Source of the DNA: Octopus bimaculoides
Taxonomy: Eukaryota
DNA: 64,000 nucleotides
Direction: 5' to 3'
NCBI RefSeq assembly: GCF_001194135.2
Contig: NC_068981.1
Location: 106,991,795 to 107,055,794, forward strand
Both the position numbers and the translations under genes were made by a program. Below are positions 25,750 through 39,090 of this stretch, piece by piece. A model generated the notes under the pieces. That model ran no database searches. It was not told the origin of the DNA and saw nothing but the letters and a program-made list of their open reading frames with translations. Every line of letters starts with the position of its first letter. Position 1 is the stretch's first letter.

Positions 25750-25870
25750 TTGAGCCCAGTCTGGCTCTGCTTGTGTGTCTATACTGAGTACACTGGATGG
25801 AGTTCCTACCTACACCTTTCCCACATACTGACCAGGGCCATTTACCTGATGAGAGTAGGGTCCTGAAAGA
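25750..25870 (-). mobile_element. Short RTE LINE ORF fragment
   Basis: SSGKWPWSVCGKGVGRNSIQCTQ resembles the post-RT Cys motif of RTE elements. Confidence 0.65.
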
Positions 25871-27337
25871 AAACATTTTACATTAAACAATTAGAATTTT
25901 GTAACGAGAAGCAATTATACTTCTAATGCCTTGAATGTATATATAAAACCTCAAATAATGGCCCTCTTTGTTTTATTGTTTTTTTTATACCTGTTTTATT
26001 TAAATTATAACTATTCTCCATTTTCATGGATGTTTTCTTCCCCTGTTTTGAGCAATCCCTTTTTCCATTTTGATTGACATTGACTTCTTTTTAACTTAAC
26101 ATATGACAACTCCCTGTGTCCTCACATCAATTGTGATGACAACTCCCTAACTAACATTGAATGAAGCAATACACTTGCAGCATGATTATAGTTGCCAATC
26201 TAAACACACGTTGGGGAATGGCGACTTGAATAAACTTACATTGATGTAGTAAAATTATCTATAAGGGAACAGATTATTTTATGACGGGTAACTAGATATT
26301 TTTTGTTTTTTTCATTATGATATTTTTGTTTGTACTTTTGGTGTGTTTATCAAAACTGTTCTATTTCTGGAAATAATAGTTTTGGAGTGTTCCAAAATTG
26401 CAAAATTCATGTTCTCAAAAGAAAGGAAATCATTTATAACTCATTTTTGTTATTGTTATTATAGTCATCTGTATTTAAGTAGAAGACCTTTGTTGCAGAA
26501 ATAGGCAACTGGGGCAGCTCATGAGCATTGGATATTTTCGAAACCTCCATATGTTGTCTAATTTATCCACTTGAAAACATATATTTGAAAAACTGGGGGA
26601 TGTCATCTACCAAAAATTTTAACTTTAGAATTTCACTAGATATTTACTGTAATCAATTTGCAAAAGCTTGCTTAATAAGACTGAGGTATGCAAACTGGTT
26701 TAAAGAAGTGCAATAAGTTGTTGGTAGATGATGAAGCAAGTGGAAGAAGCATGATTGAAAGGTTCATGGCCCTAAGTGATAATCTTCCAAAAGACAAGCA
26801 GCAGTACCTTCTACAATACCAGCATAAGCAAGCAAATTGGTTCACAAGTTGATTATGGTCAATATTGAGTGAAATCTCAGAGTAAAAATTGTTGGTATTA
26901 AAAACATCTCACAGTCTTTCATCAAGGTCAGAGTTTTTCCCTCATAACTTTTAGGAAAATGTTTTTTTTAAATGAAATTTTATATAAATATCTTTCAACA
27001 GGCATAGATTATGATTATAAAGAAATTTGTAGGAAAATCTTTTCTGAGGGGTGGAGAGAGGACTTCAGAAAATTCACAAGATCCAAGTTTTTCATCCATA
27101 ACTTGATGACAGTTTATCGTGGACAGCAGATATAAATCCAAAATTTAAATATTCCTCTGAATATTGACGAACATCTTTTTTAACTTGCACTGCTTTTATG
27201 TATTTTTGAATCAGCATAACTACAGATTTCTGCACCCCTGACTTTGGATTATCACAACTTTCAGAAAAATGAATATTTTTTAATAAAATTGTCTACGAAT
27301 ATGTGTTATATCATGTTGATTCTGAATATACAAAATT

Positions 27338-27528
27338 NNNNNNNNNNNNNNNNNNNNNNNNNNNNNNNNNNNNNNNNNNNNNNNNNNNNNNNNNNNNNNN
27401 NNNNNNNNNNNNNNNNNNNNNNNNNNNNNNNNNNNNNNNNNNNNNNNNNNNNNNNNNNNNNNNNNNNNNNNNNNNNNNNNNNNNNNNNNNNNNNNNNNNN
27501 NNNNNNNNNNNNNNNNNNNNNNNNNNNN
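27338..27528. other. Assembly gap
   Basis: N run. Confidence 1.
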
Positions 27529-30004
27529 GTTTAATGAAATTCTCTACAAATATGCCTCGGACTATGTAGATTCCAAGGACATAGAAATTTGGCAGGGGGG
27601 GGACAATTGGGGGCTATTTTTGAGAATTGTTCCCCACTCACGGGTGTTTCTGAACAAATTGTCCATATTTGTTTCATTTTCTCCGTTTTGTGCGTTTGTG
27701 CATCCGTAGATTTCTACTACACACTTACACATGCACACATATGTAATTAAAAAAGTTCAAACGGAGAATTATTCCATTCAATATCATGTTTATTATAGAG
27801 ATTATGTCACAAATTATACTTTACACTTCTATATTTAACTGTGCATATATATTCCTTATTTTTGCTTCTGGTGTCTTCTGCCTTTCTATTAGAAACATTT
27901 ACCTGGGAATTTACTTAAAGTGAAAAAAAATCGTATGCAACAGATAAGTCATTTATTGCCCTATCAACACTCTGCTGCACCACATTTTTTTTGTGTACCT
28001 AGATTTTTTGTCACAAGAGACAAAAGAGTCACTACTCTTAGACACATCTGCACACATAAGCCTGTCTCCAGTTTATTTCTCCATAGGGGATTAAGATTGT
28101 ATTGCTTTCAGTACTGACCAGTTCTATACTACATGCACACACACAAACACACAAACGTTTGTAATTACCTACATGTTTTGACATACCACTAAATTAAAGG
28201 AAATAATCTTATTCTCTCTTTAGTGACATCAGATCTTATGAATATGATGAAAACGACCTGTTTTCTCTAAAGTGTCAAAAATTTGATAAAATTGTCAATG
28301 GAATGGATGTAAAGAATTTTGTTTTTAATAACCCATTCTTTAAGTTATCTTGCCTCACCAGTGGGGCCTGTACCCCATGTTGGGAATCACAGCACTAGAG
28401 GTTTGATCCTAATTAAATCAAGCATATATTATATGTATCAAATTATTGTGAACTTGCTGAAAATATTGTTTTGAGGTAAATCCCATTTTCATAGGGGTAT
28501 GTGTTCAGGAAATAGACTTTCTTAATTTTAAAAGTGTATGATAAGTCTCTTCAGATGACTTACCTCATACTCAACATGTGCTCTGTGAATGCAGTATTGA
28601 TATGTAAACATATACATAATATGTAACATATCATTCTAAGGAATCATGAATTTTATTACACAGATCCTAAGCATTATACTTTAGTGGTATTTGACAAAAA
28701 ATATATCAGCTAAATTAGTTAACAGCATTTCGAATGGCAGTGGTGAAAAGTCTAACTATGACAGTAATGTGATATAAATAAATAATCTCTAATTTAATGC
28801 TTAGTTTCCAAAACATAAAGATTGCTGACAATTGTTGATATTTCATACATAATGGAAGCTGATGTGAAGTGAGTTAGCTATCATGTTAAATGTGTCTTGA
28901 ATTTTCTAAGAGGATTTACTTTGTGTAACTTTGTTGAAATGAAAGAGTGAAGTGATTAAAGAGAGTTAAGCATGATAGTATAAGTTTTAATCGTTATTTT
29001 TTTATTTTCATTTTATTTATTCATTTTTTTATAATGGCATGTCATGAATAAGTTAAAAGTGGAACTGCATCAATGGCTAAAGAGAGATTAAAAAAAAAAT
29101 TTGTTGAAGTTTGAAAGGGACAATTTTTTGAAAGCATTTTTTTTTCCTATCCTGTACAACTTGTCTTTTGCATCTCCAAGAACTATACTATGCATCCTTT
29201 TGATGTATAACATTTTTAAAAGTTAGGGACTAATCTACTTTATAAATTGACAAAAAAATTTTCATTAAACTAAATTATGTCTATCTTTGATGTTTCATGT
29301 ACATTAATTCATTCCTTATATATTTCTCTGCTGACAAAACCAACAGAAGCCATATATTCTTCTGATTGTGAACCACTTTTTGACAACCATTTTATACCCT
29401 CCTTTTATTTCTCTTGTGAGACGATGATGGTAGTGATTCTATAGCAAAATTTCCATCCTTGACTGTAGCCATTTTTCTCAACTTAGAGCAGTGATGATTA
29501 TTTGAAAGGCCTATAGTTTACAATTTCTCCACCTTGTAGGTCATGGGGGACAGCTGGTAAAATCTTCCAAGCTATCCCTACATGAATACCAAATATTTTA
29601 TAGGTACTTAGCATGCTGGATTGTAAGCCATTCTTACCCTGTCATCTATTTCTTCCACATCATTTAATAATATATTTTTGTTTTAATGTATGTCTCACTT
29701 CCTAAACATCTTCAGTTAGCTCACTATTTCTATTGATCTTTACAAGTATTGAAGATGAATAATTTTATCTAGTCAATATCATAATCTATAGATTTCAGCT
29801 TTTCATTCTTACTTTATTACTTATCTTTTTACCTAAACATTATTCTTTATCTGTCCTACCTACACCATCGTTTCAATTTTCTTGAGTCTGAAAACCATTT
29901 AACTATTTGTTTTGGAAAAAAAAAAAATAAACAACAATGAAATATTAACCGTTCCTTTGAAATAGAGAATAAGTAACATAATAGTACATCTCTTTCTTAT
30001 GTAT

Positions 30005-30210
30005 ATTGGTTTCAAATTTTGGCACAAAGGCAGTAGGGGTTAGTTGATTACATTGACCCCAGTGCTCAACAGATACTTATTTTATTGACCCAAAAGGATG
30101 AAAGTCAAAGTTGACTTCAGCAGAATTTGAACTCAGAACCTAAAAACAGATGAAATGCCACTCAGCATTTTGCCCGGCATGCAAATGATTCTGCCAGCTC
30201 ACCACCTTAT
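30005..30210 (-). mobile_element. SINE family C
   Basis: Core as at 12525; the head ends ...gattctgccagctcaccacc. Confidence 0.8.
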
Positions 30211-30435
30211 CTCTCTCTCTCTTACATGTGTTATCATTTGTATGTAAGTAAGTACTAGTCTAACAATTCTGAAGGATAGAATTCAACCCATTTTTATGCT
30301 TATTAAACTAACGGACAGCTGATTAGTGTAGTCAGACAGAGAGTTCCAATTTTAGAAGACTTGATTAAGCATTTAGTACAAATGGAGGAAATAATACAGA
30401 GGAAGGCATTGGGATAAGAAAAGCAGGTCCGTTAA

Positions 30436-30643
30436 CTCTTTAGCATTTAAACTGGCCATATTTGGCCCAAATAGTCTACCTGCTTTATGTTCAAACTGGC
30501 CAGATCTAACCCTTCACACCTACCTTACAAAGTCATTCTAAAAATAAACTACCACATCATCAAACTCTCAAAGCTACAAGATAATTCAAAACAAAGTGAA
30601 TAAATAAGGATTATATTTAACAGACTCATCTGAATGCTAAAGG
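30436..30643 (+). mobile_element. piggyBac-like MITE copy
   Basis: ttaa|ctctttagcatttaaactggccata...tgaatgctaaagg|ttaa. Confidence 0.8.
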
Positions 30644-31077
30644 TTAAATGGATTTGTATAAAGTTAGCAAAGATACAGATACAACAATTTCAGAAGAGCA
30701 GAGGCATTTGTTGTTGTTGTTGTTGTTGAGGAGTCAGGGTGGGGGTGCGTTGGTGAAAGAAGAAGGATGTAATTCAATAATCAGGAAGTGAGGAAGTGAA
30801 GCCTTGTATTTTTGGCAAATAGCTTTTGTTCTCATTTGCCTATAAAAACATTTGAGCAAATACTTGTCTCTGCAAGTTGTACCTGTAGAAGCATGGGAGA
30901 AAAGAAAGAAAACAACATAGGGAGAGTGGCATAATTACTTTAAAAAATTTTTTTAAATAGACTTTCCTTCATTACTACAGAGGCTTTTAATTTGGCTTCT
31001 CGCTTACTGACATGTAAAAATTAAAAAACCTGGTCTCTGCAATCTAACAAGATAGGATTTTTGTTTATAGCTTATTG

Positions 31078-31706
31078 TCATCATCATCATCGTTTAACGT
31101 CTACTTTCCATGCTGGCATGGGTAGGAGGATTTGACTGAGGACTGGCGAACCAGATGGCTGCAATAGGCTCCAATCTGATCTGGCAGAGTTTCTACAGCT
31201 GGATGCCCTTTCTAATGCCAACCACTCCGATAGTGTAGTGGGTGCTTTTACATGCCACTGGCACGAAGGCCAATCAAGCAGTACTGGCAATGGCCATGCT
31301 CAAATGGTGTTTTTTACGCACCACCTGCACAGGAGCCAGTCCAGCGGCACTGGCAATGACCTTGCTCGAATATTTTTTCATGTGCCAGTAAGGCAACACT
31401 GGTAACAATCACGCTTGAATGGTGCTTTTTATGTGCCACTGGCATGGAAGCCAGTCAGCTTCTCTGGCAACGATCACGCTCGGATAGTGCTCTTAGCGCT
31501 CTACTAGCACGGATGCCAGTCATTGAATTTGATCTCAATTTCACTTGTCTCAACAGGTCTTCGCAAGCAGAGTTTAGTGTCCAATGAAGGAAAGATATGC
31601 ATAAGTGGGATGGTTACACCACTGGCATAGGCCACAGGTTATGGTCTCACTTGGCTTGCCTGGTTTTCTCAAGCACAGCATATTTCCAAAGGTCTCGGTC
31701 ACTAGT
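31078..31706 (-). mobile_element. 5'-truncated RTE LINE (ORF C-terminus, 3' UTR, (GAT)n tail)
   Basis: Minus strand reads TSDRDLWKYAVLEKTRQAK*, then a UTR shared with 20724-21250 and 18741-19070, ending aaacgatgatgatgatga. Confidence 0.8.
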
Positions 31707-31798
31707 CTCAAGTTTAGTCTTTCTTAAGATATCTTAAACTTGCATTTACAATTTTTTATACAATTTATTTATCTGGTATTTTTATTTCTATTTTGCAG

Positions 31799-32019
31799 AT
31801 AACCTATTGCTTGATTTGGGCCAAGTTGTGAGATATGTGCAAGTTTTGTAAGCAGTTCAAAGAAACCATGTGTGGTTACAGATCCAGTTGGACTTGAGTT
31901 TTTACCCTCTCATTTGTTACTGTCTGTGATAGCAGCAGGGACTCTCAGAATCACTTTGGATACCTCCATACCAGTTGAAACTAGTGTTTAGTCTTGTGAT
32001 TGTTGTGACAACTATAGCT
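31799..32019 (+). other. GALNT: 5' UTR portion of the GALNT start-codon exon
   Basis: Strong acceptor ttttatttctattttgcag| ending at 31798, contiguous with the ATG at 32020. Confidence 0.7.
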
Positions 32020-32263
32020 ATGGTCAGCCGTCTAAGTTTACAGTACTGTAAAATAATCTTGGCCACTTCGATGGTATGGTTCCTTTTAGATGTCTTTCTT
32101 ATTATGTATTATACGGACTGCGCTGGCAGTAGTCGACAGTGTGGTGGCTCTGATGGTATACGCAGAAGTGATCAAGATTCTGGTGGTAATAGAGGTGGTG
32201 GTGGAGGAGGAGGTGGAGGAGCACAAAAAAGTTTTGGTGGAATCTTCAACAAAATACCAAATG
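32020..32263 (+). CDS. GALNT: First coding exon (CDS part) of a polypeptide N-acetylgalactosaminyltransferase, GALNT1/GALNT13/pgant5-like: cytoplasmic tail, type II TM anchor and start of stem
   Basis: Translation MVSRLSLQYCKIILATSMVWFLLDVFLIMYYTDC closely resembles the GALNT1/13 N-terminus ([26 protein letters not shown]) as I recall it. A Gly-rich stem follows, ending ...NKIPN+G at a consensus donor AATG|gtaagt (32263/32264, phase 1). Confidence 0.9.
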
Positions 32264-33235
32264 GTAAGTAAAGTAAAAGTAATGTTTTTGCTCTTGAAGT
32301 TGTATGAAATATACCATCACTGAAAAGATTTGGCTAAGTTTTTTTCAGTATTGCTTTAATTTAATAAGTGAAGAAAAAATATATATGTATTGAACCAGTT
32401 AATGTCTGCATAGCCTCATTGATGAGATGTTAGCAGAATGTCTGTTATTGAGATGCATCTATAAAAATACCTTACACTTTATTCCCTTTATCATGTATGA
32501 AGTACAACTTTGAGGCAATTTATGATGTAAGTTTTACACTGGTAATTTAAGATTATCATTATTTCAAGACCCTCAAACATTATATAGATTTCAGTAACAT
32601 ATTTCATCCATCTTGAATCAATAATACATTTGTATAATGAATCTATACACCTATCTCTAAACAAAACTTGTTTTGTGCCTAAGGAAAGAAAAAAATGCAT
32701 TCATAATAATAGGCTATAGTATCTTTGTAGTTTTTTGTCATTTTATTTTCATAAATCTCCAATTTAGGATTCTATTAAAGCCTTATGTTTCTAGTTCTAA
32801 GGAAAATAAAAACTTCTTTAGTGGCAAGATGTATTCAATTTTTAAACAAGGAAAATATTTCTACTTTTATTTCAATTTTGGTCTGAATTTTAGGATTGAA
32901 GAAACCCTTACATTACGCTGCTTGAAATATTGTATTTATTCATATGTAACATGCACTTGTATTATGCTCACCTATAATTATGAACAATGAAATCCTAGAA
33001 GAAAAATGTCATGCACTGTTCTCTCTAAGGTATGTGCATGCACACAATAGGTTAGTTGCCACAAATAATGTGGTAATTAATAATTGTATTCAAATATTCA
33101 CTGGATACATTTTTTTGTCACAGGAAAAACAAATTACATTGAGTAAGACATTTGCACATACTGACTTCTAAAAATTAGTGGGGACATACCCAGACTATTC
33201 TTTAATATTACAATGTATGGAAAAGAAGTATTTAA

Positions 33236-33441
33236 CCCTTTAGTATTCAGATTTTTCTGTCAAATGTAAACCTTATTTATTCACATTGTTTCAAATTAAT
33301 TAGGCATTATCTTGTAGCTTTAAGACTTGAATAATGTGATTGTTGCATTTTTAGAATGACATTGTAGGGTAGGTGTGGCTGGTTAAACATAAAATAGATA
33401 AAATATTTGGGCTGGATATGGCCAGTTTAAATACTAAAGGG
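33236..33441 (-). mobile_element. piggyBac-like MITE copy, inverted
   Basis: Its reverse complement aligns by eye along the length of 30436-30643. Confidence 0.8.
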
Positions 33442-35014
33442 TTACATTTATTAATTTGCTGTCTAAAATGCATTACAAGTTTATATACTCTAAATCAAAC
33501 AGAAACAGATTCAAAAGTGACACTTGAGCTTTATCTGTGTAAGGTGTAAAAATAAACATGATGTAAAGTCAGCATTTTGGAAATCACATGATTATGTGTT
33601 GTTGTTTTTTTCATCAAAAAGGTGTATATTATACCTAAATAAATATGGTAAACAGCCACATAAAATATTTAGACTATTTGCTTCATCATTGATGTTTCCA
33701 TATTCTAGCCAATGTTTCAATCAGTCTGTTAAATGGTTACCTTTTTATTACCTATTTGCAACATATCTCTTCCCTCCACCCACCTCCCACTAATACACGC
33801 ACAAGCTAAAGCTAGGTTCAAACTGAGAACTTTCACTTCTAATGGACATACTTACAACAATGCCAGAGAGCAATTAATGATTTCAGCAATGGCAGCCATA
33901 TAGTAATGAAGTCTGTTCAATACATAATAACTGAAGTCAGAAAAACTCAAAGTGGATTTCAGCATTTGATACAGTTACAGCTGTTCTAAATGAATATATT
34001 TATTATGCTAAAATATCAGAGTGCTAACACTGGAAATAATATAACATCCCAACTAACTTCTGTGTAATTTATCTTAGATTTGGATATATGTTAAAGAGAT
34101 AAAGCAAAATATAGGATCTTCTATTTGCTGATTCCTATCTCTAGCGAATACTATATCCCAAGTGCTTCCTTTATGGCATTGTTTTTATGATAAAGTTTGC
34201 TGTTGGAGGAAATCATTATTATTGATGCCTAAAGAAATAATTCTTATAAATTAAAAAATGTTGAATTACTTTTCTAAATATGATTATAAGATTAACTGTG
34301 TGAGGGTGTTGATTTCAGTTTAATGATTTGTAAATAACAGTGATGTAGGATGATTAACCAGTTAAAATGTAGCATGGAAAATGGAAAGTATTAGTTTTCA
34401 TCATCATGTTTACATCAACATAATTCAGTTTCTAAAATTAAAAGAAAAAAATTCAAAATGTAAACAAATGGGTCTCCAGCTAAATATGTTAACTATTGTT
34501 TTCCTTAAGATCACAGCATCTGTGACCTTTAACAAACAAGGGAGTATCTATATGGTCACTCACCCTGCTAAAAATAGAAGCTGCCAAATCTCACTCAAGT
34601 CACATCTTTTTACATTAAGATATGAACAAACATAAAAGTTGTCCAAGATGTACATAGTTGAGATGGTCCCTAACTGGAGCATCTTTAGTTATAGATATCT
34701 TCTACTCATGATACCCCAGGGTTAAACAACAACATTGTAATACATTACTCTGTTATACATAAAAATGATACATAGATATGAAGAATAAAATGTTAAGAGA
34801 TTTCTTTTGAGCTGTTATGAAATCTTTTTGATTGATTATTGTTTGTCTGAGACTTTTGATCAAACATATTTACTTTAAAACCGTTAAGAAAATTATGGAG
34901 TTTACTTATACCAAAATGAAGTAGGGTCTCAAGACATGAAAAACAAAAAAAATATTTCGTGTCTAATAATTTTAAAGTTTTTTTTTTGTTTTTCTTATTT
35001 CAACTTTTATCCAG

Positions 35015-35047
35015 AGAATATAATTAATAATCATGTAGCATTGCTTC
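35015..35047 (+). CDS. GALNT: Candidate 33-nt microexon, (E)NIINNHVALL
   Basis: Strong acceptor tttcttatttcaacttttatccag|, weak donor TTC|gtaaaa; length 3n and open. Confidence 0.3.
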
Positions 35048-35164
35048 GTAAAAAGAACTGAAGTTTAATAGATAGAACATACTGAATTTTCAACAAGTCA
35101 TATTTCAATGATTTAGCCTTTTGTTTAGTGTGTATGTATTTTCAGGTGTTTATGCATGCACACG

Positions 35165-35199
<35 letters not shown>

Positions 35200-35779
35200 C
35201 TAACTGATTTAGACAGTTGCTTCACAACTATGAGGTCTCGGGTCTGGCCCTTCCTTGTGACATCTTGGGAAAGTATCTTTAACAAGCCTTGTGAGTGAAA
35301 ATGGGGAACAATAGAAACCTACAAAGAAGCTGGACAATGCTTAAAGCCAGCATAGTCATATTTATGCATCAAACTGATTCTACATGAGGATTACATTAAG
35401 GGACCAAATGTTTCTGGAATACTCAGCCACTTAAATTATTCACTGAGTCAGCAGCTCGGTTGACCAACACACATCATCAAAACTAAGGCAATCCATTTGT
35501 GTATGTGTGTACATGCACTGAAACATTTCCTTCAGCAAAGAAAACTATGCAGTTACAATATATTTCTTTTCTATTTATATATTTCAACAGAAGATATTGT
35601 TATTTATCTTCTTCATTTATTACCAGTTCATTTACCAGATTGCTAAACTACATATCTAGTTACTTAACCTGAAACTTTCCATTTGAATAAATTTCTGGTT
35701 ATGCCTCAATGTAATCAATATATAAAGAATAATTTTATATTTTATTAAAAATCAGTGGGTAGGATTGTAGAGTATGTAT

Positions 35780-35780
<1 letters not shown>

Positions 35781-35865
<85 letters not shown>
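35781..35865. repeat. (GATA)n microsatellite
   Basis: About 21 consecutive tetramer units. Confidence 0.97.
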
Positions 35866-37841
35866 GAATGAATGAATCAATCTAGGATCATTCATCAAAA
35901 ATATATTGGTCAAATTCATATTTCGAGTAAGAGGTACTTGTAGGGAAACAAATTGATTGAAAACATATTAGTTGCAGAAAATGTGAAATGTTTGTTGAAA
36001 TTTTCATTTTTTCATAGAAATAGTTTAAAAAATATAAAGCTTTGCATAAAGTTGTAAACTTCAGAAATTGTTAATTGTTTATATATACTTGGATGTTAGA
36101 TTAAGAAAATTATTTATGATGACCATAGAAGATAAACATTCACATCACCAAATCATGAGTGTACCTTGGGAATATGTGGGCAGATCAGCAGAATTGTTTG
36201 AGCTTCATAAAAAATGCCTTGCAGTATTTGTTTCAGTTCTTTACTCTTGAATTCAAAACCCACCAAAGTCAACTTTGCCTTTCATCCTTGAAGGGTTGAT
36301 GAAATGAGTAGTAGTTAAGAAGTAGAGCCAATGGTACCAACTGACCCCTTCCTCCAACATTTTGGGCCTTGTACCTATACTAGAAACATTTTTATTGAGG
36401 CCATCTGCTGAAGCAGCCCTAGTATCCATGATACTGGTCATGTGCATATATTAGAAATAATTATTAGAACAGTGATGAACAGCTTGCAAATGAACTTGCA
36501 GATCATGGAACAAAATAGACTGTCACACTGTACATTATCTTAGTTTTTGTGATCATGTCCCTTCATGGTCAAATTTGCATCACTTTCTTTACATGGCTCA
36601 ATAAAATAAAACCAATGAAATTATTGGATAGATCAAGTTGACTATATTTTGTCCATAAAGTTTATGATTGTATGCCTCTGTCAGAAATCACTATTATTGT
36701 GATTCACAATAAAGAAGTGAGAACAACCAAATGTTTATTCTGTGTTGAATGTTGTAAATAAAGAATATGCATATACACACATGCAACGTATGCAAAAAAG
36801 ATATAAAGAAAAAAGAAAGAAAAAATAGTTTTATGTAAATTTGTTCTATACTTGGGAAGAATTTGGTGAAAGCAATGTTGTCACTCTAAGCAAAGCTTTC
36901 AAACATCTTTCACCTCTTGGACTGGTAGCTTCGCGTAAGATCACCCTATTGATAGAGCCCTTTTTCTACCCCATTCCATCAACTCTGGCATGCTCTAGGA
37001 ACACTCTCTCTCTTCTTTCTGCTTTTAACTCTGAAACAGCCTCTGCTCCCTCAGAGTTGGCTGGATTTATATGACCCCTACTTAGGCATCCACATACTAC
37101 TCATTCCTTATCCTTTGGTTACTCTTATTGTATCTAAGCCCTACACTTATCATTATCCCCACCCCTTGCTTTTCAGGAATTCTCATCCTGCTCATGTCTT
37201 TCCTGCAGATGTTGACTTAAAAAGGTTCAAAGAGGCGATAAATGGTGTCAGTATCACTTGTCTCAGAGGGCTTGAAATGGCCATGGGCACTGCCCTTTCT
37301 TTGAGACCCAACGAGTGAATAAAAAAAACAATTTAATCATAATGAATGATAAAAAAAAAAGATGACATTAATGTCTCTATATTACTATGTTTGCCATGAC
37401 TTTCTACAAATATTTTTGTTCATCTTCCAATGTATTTGGTATTAACTATTATGCTTTTGGCTATTAAGTATATTGTATCTCCCACATGAAGGTTTATATA
37501 TGGCAGGCTTCTGCTCTATTTCCATTTATTACATTTCATTATCAACATATTGGTCAAGTGTGTGTGTAGTAAAGAAGTATGATACATATAGATATATGCT
37601 TGAATGCACTCAGACATGTGAAGACCTTATGCTGTTGAAGTAGAAAATTGTCCTTATAGACAACACATGTAAAAGCATATTAGCTTGTAAATGATGTCAT
37701 GAATCATAGGACTCATGCATTTCTCTGTTTTTCTGTGTTCTCAACTATAATGGTTAGACCTATCATTCACAACCTGATAAAAGTAAATTCATTCCTATAT
37801 TAGAACAGCATTTGGTATGCTGAGTGTGTATTGTTTGCTAG

Positions 37842-37883
37842 AATTCAAGTTACAGAAAGCAGCGTTGAATAAAATATATTCAG
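37842..37883 (+). CDS. GALNT: Candidate 42-nt GALNT stem mini-exon, (E)FKLQKAALNKIYS
   Basis: ttgtttgctag| ... CAG|gtaaat; length 3n, open in phase 1, TGC just upstream of the AG. Confidence 0.55.
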
Positions 37884-38439
37884 GTAAATCGTATTTAGCA
37901 TTTAGACAAAAGAAAACTTGCTGCTGCAGAAGTAGTCACAGGAGAAAACTTTACTAGATAACATGTGAGAAAGATGAGAAGAATTAAAGCTTCTGCATTG
38001 CAACAGTTAAAAGAAACACTTCAGAGATCTGGCATAAATGTTTATACTAGAGTGGACTCTGCTAAAGACTTGCTACCAAGGGCCAGATAGCAGTGTTAAA
38101 TGAATTAAGTCTACCATTCAATCATACAGTGTTAGTACAGGTTAAAAACTTTACAGTACCTAGTTCAATGTTATACTGTTTTAAATGATGAATTTCTTAC
38201 ACAAGTCAACTTAAGCTTTTTGTACATCAAAAGTGGGAAAATAAATACATAACGTGAAGTAATTAATAGTCTGAAATTCATAAAAGAAAGTGAGTTTATG
38301 TACTGTGAGGAGAGGTGCTGTAGAGTTTTCTTAGACAACATTTAATGGTTATCATTGGAAGACAACTCAGTACTAATATTAGTTTTTGCCTCACAAATAA
38401 GATAAAATAGGCCTTATTTCCTTTCTTAATAATTCTTAG

Positions 38440-38460
38440 ATATCATATCCACCATGTTGG
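38440..38460 (+). CDS. GALNT: Candidate 21-nt GALNT microexon, (D)IISTML
   Basis: ccttatttcctttcttaataattcttag| ... TGG|gtaaaa; length 3n, open in phase 1. Confidence 0.45.
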
Positions 38461-39081
38461 GTAAAATAAATCTAAACAATCATTTTTTTGTAAAATGTAT
38501 CTACTAAAAATTACATATGCATGTGTGCTAATAGCAATTATGTAAATGCACGTGTGTGTGGGTGTTGTGTGTGTATTTAAAGGTTTAATTTGAAGTTTGT
38601 AAAATAGATTGTCATAAATTATAGATCCTATTTGAAAAGAGATTTTTCTTGTACTGTATTTTCACATATTAAACAGAGTAAAGTGTTTGTGCCATGCAAT
38701 TAAACTACTTGCCTATGAATTGTAAAAGTATTACAAAACACATCTAAGTGTTTGTTGTGTGTTAATCTGTGATTAATATTTTCTGATAAAATTACAAATA
38801 GCATACATTATTCATTACTTATATGTTGAAGTATTTGGAACTTTTAGCCAATTCAATATACATATGTGTATATGCGTATGGTTGATTATAACCTTTTATA
38901 TATATATATATATATAAACGTGTGTGAATGAGTATGTATGTAAAAATAAGAGAGAGTTAAATTGTTTCCTTAATCTAAGTTATTGTCGTTGGAACTTACT
39001 AGCTTGCAAATTATGTTGATCATAGATTTGTGGTCTTACCCTCTTAAAGTCTTCTTTTTTTTCTTTGTTTTTTTCTTTCAG

Positions 39082-39090
39082 TGTTGCAAA
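39082..39090 (+). CDS. GALNT: Candidate 9-nt GALNT microexon, (V)LQ
   Basis: Long pyrimidine tract ending ttttctttcag|TGTTGCAAA|gtatgt; length 3n, phase 1. Confidence 0.55.

Noticed and set aside
33124-33142. 19-nt segment with a good acceptor and gtaaga donor
   Set aside because: Not 3n, so it would frameshift GALNT. Kept as a counter-example showing that look-alike sites arise; similar cases are 37758-37782 (25 nt), 45640-45650 (11 nt), 46380-46392 (13 nt) and 53365-53407 (43 nt, in-frame stop).
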